64,000 bases of DNA. It comes from Candidatus Microgenomatus sp. (GTDB lineage: Bacteria > Patescibacteriota > Microgenomatia > UBA8517). Below the pieces are notes generated by a model. It ran no database searches. It was not told the DNA's origin and was given only the letters and a program-made list of their open reading frames with translations. Made by a program: the position numbers and the translations under genes. The stretch's first letter is position 1. Every line of letters starts with the position of its first letter. Positions 58,223 to 64,000 of the stretch are shown piece after piece. Where the stretch lies: the NCBI GenBank assembly GCA_020724555.1, contig DYGT01000006.1, forward strand, positions 1,649 to 65,648, given 5' to 3'.

Positions 58223-59278
58223 TTATTGAAGACCGCTTGTGACCCTGATCCTTTTTAATAACGCCGGGTCGTTTAAAACCTTACCGCAACCTCGCACAAC
58301 ACAAGAAATTGGGTCATCAGCCACTGTTACTTTAGTTTTTGTAGCTTCAGAAACCATTTCAGCAATTCCAGCAATCAGCGACCCACCCCCGGCCATTACA
58401 ATTCCCCGTTTCATAATATCGCTAACCAGCTCCGGCGGGGCTTCCTCTAAAGTATCTTTTATATGCCCCACCAACTCCTGGACAATGGGTGCCAAAGCCT
58501 CCCTGACTTCGTCGCTTCCTAATTTTTGTGACCTGGGTAGCCCAGTTTCCAAATCACGCCCCCGGACAACCGTGAATTTTTCTTTTTTATCTTTATCCAC
58601 CTCGACGGCAGATCCTATGGTTATTTTTACTTCTTCTGCCGTCGGTTGCCCCAAAAGCAGTGAATACTTTAAACGAAAATAATTAACAATTGCTTCATCC
58701 ATCTCATCACCGGCGATACGTATCGACCTTCCCAGCACAATTCCCCCAAGGGAGATGATGGCAATTTCGGTAGTACCGCCTCCGATATCAACAATAAAAA
58801 CACCTGTAGGGTCTTCCACTGGAAGCTCAGCCCCGATTGCGGCTGCCATGGGCTCCTCAACCAAATAGGCGCTTCTCGCTCCTGCCGAAAGAGCGGCGTC
58901 CACGACAGCTCTTCTTTCAACTTCGGTTACGCCGGAAGGTATGCCAACCACCACTCTTGGCCTTGGTATTTTGGGAATAATTGTGCCGGATTCGTGTACT
59001 TTTCTAATGTAGTGTGTAAGCATCGCAGCCGTTGCATCAAAATCCGCAATCACCCCGTCTTTTAAGGGCCGGATGGCTTCAATCGTCGCCGGAGTTCTCC
59101 CCTCCATTTTTTTGGCTGCTGATCCTATAGCCAAAATCTCTTTGCTTTTTTTATGTCTGGCAACTGCAGATGGTTCGCGGATAACAATACCCTTACCCGC
59201 CACAAACACCAAAGTGTTTGCGGTACCAAGATCAATTCCTATGTCGTGGCTAAAAAATCCAAAAATGCGATTTATCAT
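58223..59278 (-). CDS. mreB: Rod shape-determining protein MreB
   Basis: GIDLGTANT, RPLKDGVIADF, DIGGGTT. Confidence 0.97.
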   Translation of the reverse strand: MINRIFGFFSHDIGIDLGTANTLVFVAGKGIVIREPSAVARHKKSKEILAIGSAAKKMEGRTPATIEAIRPLKDGVIADFDATAAMLTHYIRKVHESGTIIPKIPRPRVVVGIPSGVTEVERRAVVDAALSAGARSAYLVEEPMAAAIGAELPVEDPTGVFIVDIGGGTTEIAIISLGGIVLGRSIRIAGDEMDEAIVNYFRLKYSLLLGQPTAEEVKITIGSAVEVDKDKKEKFTVVRGRDLETGLPRSQKLGSDEVREALAPIVQELVGHIKDTLEEAPPELVSDIMKRGIVMAGGGSLIAGIAEMVSEATKTKVTVADDPISCVVRGCGKVLNDPALLKRIRVTSGLQ

Positions 59279-59319
59279 GAGTTTTCAAAGTATACCACCG
59301 TAAGCTAGAATGGGCTTAT

Positions 59320-61209
59320 ATGGATCGCGCCTATTCACTCCTTTTGTTCATTTTACCTTTTTTATTTTTCCCTTATACCAGTGAAATTTTTGAAATAAAC
59401 AAGATAACCGTCTTATACCTATTTGCTGGAGTTATTTTATTAACAACCAATTTTATCGCTTTAAAAACAAACACTAAATCGTCGGTAAAAATTAATATTT
59501 TTAATCTAGCTTTAGCTTTTTTTGTTTTGGCCGGAATGATTACAACATGCTTTTCGGTTGATTTAAAAACCTCAATCTGGGGCTACTATTCACGCTTTAA
59601 CGGCGGACTCCTCTCTATTTTCGCTTATTTCATCCTTGTTGTGGTTTATACAAATTCTTTTAAACATAAAGACTCACTCAAACATATAAAAATTTTATTA
59701 ATAACCGCATTTCTCCTTTCCGCCATTGCCATACTTGAACATTTTAATATCAGCCTAACATGTATGCTTTTATCCGAAAAAATAAATAATTCCTGCTGGA
59801 GCCAAGACACGAGTTCGCGCGTTTTTGCAACTTTTGGCCAACCCAACTGGCTTGCGGCTTATTTAAGCGCCATCCTGCCATTGTCTTTAATACCTTTTAT
59901 TAAAAACAATAATTACAAATATTTTATTTTGCCCAACCTCACTTTTTTAGCAATAATATTTACGCGGTCACGCTCAGGGCTTTTATCGCTGGGGGTATCT
60001 TACTTAATATTTACTCTTTTTACTTTTTACCGGACAAAAACTAAATATATTACTAAAATATTTACCTTATTAATATTTTTTCTGGTTATTTACTTTTTTA
60101 CTAAACCCCAAGCCACCGTAAACAAAAATCCTTATATCAACATCACCCCCTCCACTCAAATCCGTTTTTTGGTTTGGAAAGGGGCCTGGGATATTTTTAC
60201 CCACAACCCCATTTTGGGAACCGGCCCGGAGACTTTTGCCTATTCATACTGGAAATATAGGCCCGAAGAACACAACACAACTTCTGAATGGGACTATACT
60301 TACAACAAAGCACACAACGATTACTTACACATCCTTGCAACCGAAGGTTTGGTGGGTTTTACCGCATACATGGGCGTGATATTGGTAGCCTTATATTTTC
60401 TTATTCCACGATATAAAGACAAATATTATTTTACCAAGCTAGGATTATTATCAGGGTATATCAGCCTTTTGGTTAGCCAATTTTTTGGATTTTTAACCGT
60501 TAATACGTCCCTTTTATTTTTTCTCTATCCTGCGTTTGCGATGAACCTATCCAGGCCAAACATACTAAAAAGAATGAAGCTCCCTCGAGCTTACGCCCAT
60601 GGTTTTTGGTCAAGGGGCATAAATTTAATTATTATTTTCATAAGTTTTATTTTTATCCTCACAGTTACCCGATTTTGGATAGCAGACGTTTTATACAAAA
60701 ATGCAAAAAGGGATAATCTTGAATCTTTAAAATTAGCCTACAGTTTGCATAAAGAGCCACTTTATTTAATTAAACTGGCAAATTTACAATACGAAAACGG
60801 CCATTTCCTGCAAGAATCTTACCAATTAATTGATGATGTTGTACTGCAGCACCCTCAAAACACCAGAGTATTGGAGATGGCATTTGATTTTTATATGGAA
60901 ACCGGTGCCCTGGATGGAAACTATATAGATGCACAAAATTTAAACGAAAAACTAAAAATTTTAATGCCAACAAATGCAAAATTGTTTTACCAAGAAGGGT
61001 TTATTTTGGCACAAAAAGGCCAAAAAGATAAGGCAATAGAATCACTTTTAAAAGCTGTTCATCTCAAGCCAAACTATGAAAAAGCCAGAATACTTTTGGG
61101 CTTATTGTACGAGGAAATGGGAAACCACAAAAAAGCCCAGTGGGAATTTCAATATGTAATAAACAATATTAATCCTGAAAACAGGACTGCCATAACAAGA
61201 CTCAAGTAG
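59320..61209 (+). CDS. O-antigen-ligase-like membrane protein with TPRs
   Basis: TFGQPNWLA, TRSRSG, GTGPETF, NKAHNDYL; C-terminal TPR. Confidence 0.88.
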   Translation: MDRAYSLLLFILPFLFFPYTSEIFEINKITVLYLFAGVILLTTNFIALKTNTKSSVKINIFNLALAFFVLAGMITTCFSVDLKTSIWGYYSRFNGGLLSIFAYFILVVVYTNSFKHKDSLKHIKILLITAFLLSAIAILEHFNISLTCMLLSEKINNSCWSQDTSSRVFATFGQPNWLAAYLSAILPLSLIPFIKNNNYKYFILPNLTFLAIIFTRSRSGLLSLGVSYLIFTLFTFYRTKTKYITKIFTLLIFFLVIYFFTKPQATVNKNPYINITPSTQIRFLVWKGAWDIFTHNPILGTGPETFAYSYWKYRPEEHNTTSEWDYTYNKAHNDYLHILATEGLVGFTAYMGVILVALYFLIPRYKDKYYFTKLGLLSGYISLLVSQFFGFLTVNTSLLFFLYPAFAMNLSRPNILKRMKLPRAYAHGFWSRGINLIIIFISFIFILTVTRFWIADVLYKNAKRDNLESLKLAYSLHKEPLYLIKLANLQYENGHFLQESYQLIDDVVLQHPQNTRVLEMAFDFYMETGALDGNYIDAQNLNEKLKILMPTNAKLFYQEGFILAQKGQKDKAIESLLKAVHLKPNYEKARILLGLLYEEMGNHKKAQWEFQYVINNINPENRTAITRLK

Positions 61210-61230
61210 AATTGATGTTATAATACTCCC

Positions 61231-61758
61231 ATGAAACTGGTGGATATCAAACACAAAGCCTTGAGAAAAAAGTCCATAAAAATAACCAAACTGGATAAAA
61301 AAATAAAAGATTTAATTGCAGACATGAAAAATACGCTAATCTCACAAAGCGACCCCGAAGGTGTGGGCTTGGCGGCTCCTCAAGTGGGTAAAAATCTACA
61401 ATTATTTATCATGCATTATCCAGAGGAAGGATTAAACTTAAAGGTTATTATGAACCCCAAAGTCATTAGCGTGAGTAAACAAAAAATAAAACCTAAAAAA
61501 GACGGAAACAATATCCTAGAAGGATGTCTATCGCTTCCTTACTATTACGGACCAATTTCAAGGGCAAAAGATATCACGATTGAATATTTAAATGAAGACG
61601 GGGTCATAACAACTGAAAAATTTGAGGGCTTTTCATCACAAATAGTACAGCACGAGATAGATCATTTAAATGGCAAGCTGTTCATTGACCATATTTTCAA
61701 AAACAAATCACCTTTATACTACATCCGGGGAGAAAATTGGGAGGAAGTAAAGCTATGA
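61231..61758 (+). CDS. def: Peptide deformylase
   Basis: GVGLAAPQ, EGCLS, QHEIDHLNG. Confidence 0.97.
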   Translation: MKLVDIKHKALRKKSIKITKLDKKIKDLIADMKNTLISQSDPEGVGLAAPQVGKNLQLFIMHYPEEGLNLKVIMNPKVISVSKQKIKPKKDGNNILEGCLSLPYYYGPISRAKDITIEYLNEDGVITTEKFEGFSSQIVQHEIDHLNGKLFIDHIFKNKSPLYYIRGENWEEVKL

Positions 61759-62684
61759 AAGTTGTTTTTTTTGGTACCCCAGATTATGTAATTCCGGTAT
61801 TAATGGCCCTGCATAAACGTTTTAATAAACCACCGGAAAAAAATTTACTAGGGGTTGTTACGCAACCCCCAAAAATTGTTGGCCGGCGAAAATTTAGGGA
61901 ATTTAGCGCAGTTGACAATTTTGCCCATAAAAGAAAAATAGATATAATTCACGACCCTATGGATACACCCGGCGGAGACCTGGGAATACTGTCTGCCTAT
62001 GGGGAAATTATTCCCAAAAAGGTTATAGACCGCTTTAAATACGGCATCCTAAATATACATCCCTCAATTCTCCCGGAATTTAGAGGAGCATCGCCTACTC
62101 AAGCCGTTATTGCCCTGGGAAAACAGACGACCGGCGTAAGTATTATCAAAATGGATGAATTTCTGGACCACGGACCAATTGTAAGTAGTTTCAAGGATGA
62201 GGTGTTACCGGGTGACACCAACGAAACTTTGCGCCAAAGGTTATTTGCGCGTGCAAGCGACTTTTTAATGGAAATGGTAGATGACTATATAGCAGGAAAA
62301 ATTAAACTTAAACCTCAAGACCACGACAACGCCAGTTACACAAGACAAATAAATAAAGAGGATGGTTTTATCCCTCCTGAAATATTAAAAAACGCACTAT
62401 TGGGTATAGAAACAAATAAAACACTTGATAATTTTTTTATTAAGGACACTAGGTTTATAGCCAATGCCCAAAATATTGAAAGGTTAAGCCGCGCATACCA
62501 TCCCTGGCCGGGTATATGGACTTTAGTTAACACTAATAAAAATGTTAATGACCCCAAAAGACTAAAAATTATTAAATGCCGACTTGTTGACAATAAACTA
62601 ATACCTGAATTGGTTCAATTAGAAGGAAAAACGGAAGTGAGTTGGAAACAATTTCAGGAGGGTCACCCGAATTTTAAATTTTAA
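61755..62684 (+). CDS. fmt: Methionyl-tRNA formyltransferase
   Basis: FFGTP, NIHPS.LP.FRGASP, D.GPI, PWPG. Confidence 0.95.
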   Translation: MKVVFFGTPDYVIPVLMALHKRFNKPPEKNLLGVVTQPPKIVGRRKFREFSAVDNFAHKRKIDIIHDPMDTPGGDLGILSAYGEIIPKKVIDRFKYGILNIHPSILPEFRGASPTQAVIALGKQTTGVSIIKMDEFLDHGPIVSSFKDEVLPGDTNETLRQRLFARASDFLMEMVDDYIAGKIKLKPQDHDNASYTRQINKEDGFIPPEILKNALLGIETNKTLDNFFIKDTRFIANAQNIERLSRAYHPWPGIWTLVNTNKNVNDPKRLKIIKCRLVDNKLIPELVQLEGKTEVSWKQFQEGHPNFKF

Positions 62685-62920
62685 ATGCTCAAAGACCGCT
62701 CTAAGGCATCTTTTTTGCGGCGTTTTATACATTTAGCACAAAGCATAACTTTTTTATTTCTGCCGTTTTCAACAATGGTTACAGCTTGGAGATTTGGTTT
62801 AAATGTACGCGGAGTAATCTGCGCTCTTTTTTTCCACCGTTTCCCCGCAACACCGCGGCGGTGCTGCTGAGACCTTCCATAAACTGTTTTTTTTCCACAA
62901 ATATAACAAATGCTTGCCAT
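62681..62920 (-). CDS. rpmB: 50S ribosomal protein L28
   Basis: C.ICGK...R.FKPNLQ...LCAKC. Confidence 0.92.
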   Translation of the reverse strand: MASICYICGKKTVYGRSQQHRRGVAGKRWKKRAQITPRTFKPNLQAVTIVENGRNKKVMLCAKCIKRRKKDALERSLSI

Positions 62921-62994
62921 AATAGTTTGTTCCTAACAACTTTTGTATTATAATATGTAATCTGGTTTTTAACAAATAAAACTCATTTTACCAC

Positions 62995-63642
62995 ATGATT
63001 AACACCTTGTTTACTGATCCAGTTCAATTTGTAGTGTGGCTAATTGCCTTACTTATTGCTATAGACGTACATGAATTTGCCCATGCCTTAAGCGCTACGC
63101 GTCTCGGGGACCCTACCCCCAAACTGCAAGGGAGACTAACGCTAAATCCCCTCGCCCACCTGGATCCCCTTGGTACGCTTATGCTTATAATCGTCCGTTT
63201 TGGTTGGGGAAAACCGGTACAGTTTGACCCCTACAATCTCCAAAATCCGCGGCGCGATGCCGCCATCATTTCTTTGGCAGGACCTGTTTCAAATCTAATA
63301 ACAGCAACCGTTTTTTCAATAATTCTAAATTTTGTAATACCAATTGCGCCTTCTTTGTATTTTTTAAATGCAATTTTGCCAACCATTATATTTTTAAATA
63401 TTATTCTTGCAGTATTTAACCTTTTACCCATTCACCCCCTGGACGGCGGGAAAATATTAGTAGGCATACTGCCACACAATGATGCGGTAAAAATCGATTT
63501 ATTTTTAAAACAATACGGAGTTTTCCTTTTGATACTTTTAATTTTTCCCATCTGGGGAGGCGTTTCTCCTGTTTTATACCTTTTATCACCAATAATAAAT
63601 ATCTTCACGTCCATTCTTTTACCCGGCTCTTTGCTTATATAG
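62995..63642 (+). CDS. Site-2 protease (M50, YwhC-like)
   Basis: HEFAH, GDPT, FGWGKPV, AGP.SN, FNLLPIHPLDG. Confidence 0.93.
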   Translation: MINTLFTDPVQFVVWLIALLIAIDVHEFAHALSATRLGDPTPKLQGRLTLNPLAHLDPLGTLMLIIVRFGWGKPVQFDPYNLQNPRRDAAIISLAGPVSNLITATVFSIILNFVIPIAPSLYFLNAILPTIIFLNIILAVFNLLPIHPLDGGKILVGILPHNDAVKIDLFLKQYGVFLLILLIFPIWGGVSPVLYLLSPIINIFTSILLPGSLLI

Positions 63643-63680
63643 CTCTCTCTACAGGTTGTTTTTCCATGGTATAATTTAGT

Positions 63681-63877
63681 AGACCCTGCTAAAGGGAACA
63701 TATCTAGGTACATTTCCTGACCAAAAATTTTTTTGGGAGTTCCGCCCAGGGCGGAATGGCCGTAGCCACGAGGCGTCGGTCGAGCAGGTTTCCGGTTACC
63801 CCTTTGTGGGTGCTGGGATAGCTCAGCCCACCTGGTGTTCAGCCAGGAAATTTCCTAGATCCCGAAGGCGGGGTCTT
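63681..63877 (+). ncRNA. ssrS: 6S RNA-like
   Basis: Rod structure (AGACCCTGCT/GGCGGGGTCT, ATCTAGG/CCTAGAT, ATTTCCTG/CAGGAAAT) with a central bubble; TGACC..TTTTTTTGGGAG and GCCCACCTG..GTTCA recall B. subtilis 6S-1; TGGTATAAT promoter just upstream. Confidence 0.72.
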
Positions 63878-63894
63878 TAGTGGTACAAATTACT

Positions 63895-63968
63895 GCCAAC
63901 GTAGCTCAGCTGGTTAGAGCAGCTGTTTTGTAAACAGCAGGTCATCGGTTCGAATCCGATCGTTGGCT
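63895..63968 (+). tRNA. tRNA-Thr(UGU)
   Basis: GCCAACG/CGTTGGC acceptor stem; GCTGT-TTTGTAA-ACAGC anticodon arm; GTTCGAATC T-loop; CCA not encoded. Confidence 0.96.
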
Positions 63969-64000
63969 CTTAAAAAATTTTGTTAAAATATATTACAAAT

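Overview
The window looks like a Patescibacteria (CPR) chromosome segment, probably Microgenomates. This is inferred from the short EF-Ts, the gene order and pervasive leaderless promoters; genetic code 11 fits. The left ~20 kb is an accessory island. It starts with an integrative-element backbone: a large serine recombinase running off the left edge, an excisionase, a terminase-small-subunit-like gene and a replication-like HTH gene. Next come two structured non-coding leaders/RNAs and a tightly coupled operon. That operon joins the preQ0 (7-cyano-7-deazaguanine) pathway (folE-queD-queE-queC) to a glycosyltransferase, an FAD oxidoreductase, a DegT aminotransferase, a divergent SHMT-like PLP enzyme and a P-loop kinase. 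It is bracketed by two KsgA/Erm-like methyltransferase paralogs, and no tgt, dpdA or queF is present in the window. This is the best candidate for an undescribed system, and its leader folds like a pseudoknotted riboswitch. The island also holds a graspetide (ATP-grasp RiPP) module with a broken second cysS, flanked by two att-like scars that resemble the 5' end of ychF. From ~21 kb onward the region is mostly core genome: Zn/Cu homeostasis, glycosyltransferases, cysS, recR-dnaX, proS, frr-tsf-rpsB, folD, glyA, thyX, topA, dprA, PBP2, mreB, def-fmt, rpmB, a 6S-like RNA and tRNA-Thr(UGU). All calls come from motif recognition by eye; no database searches were run.
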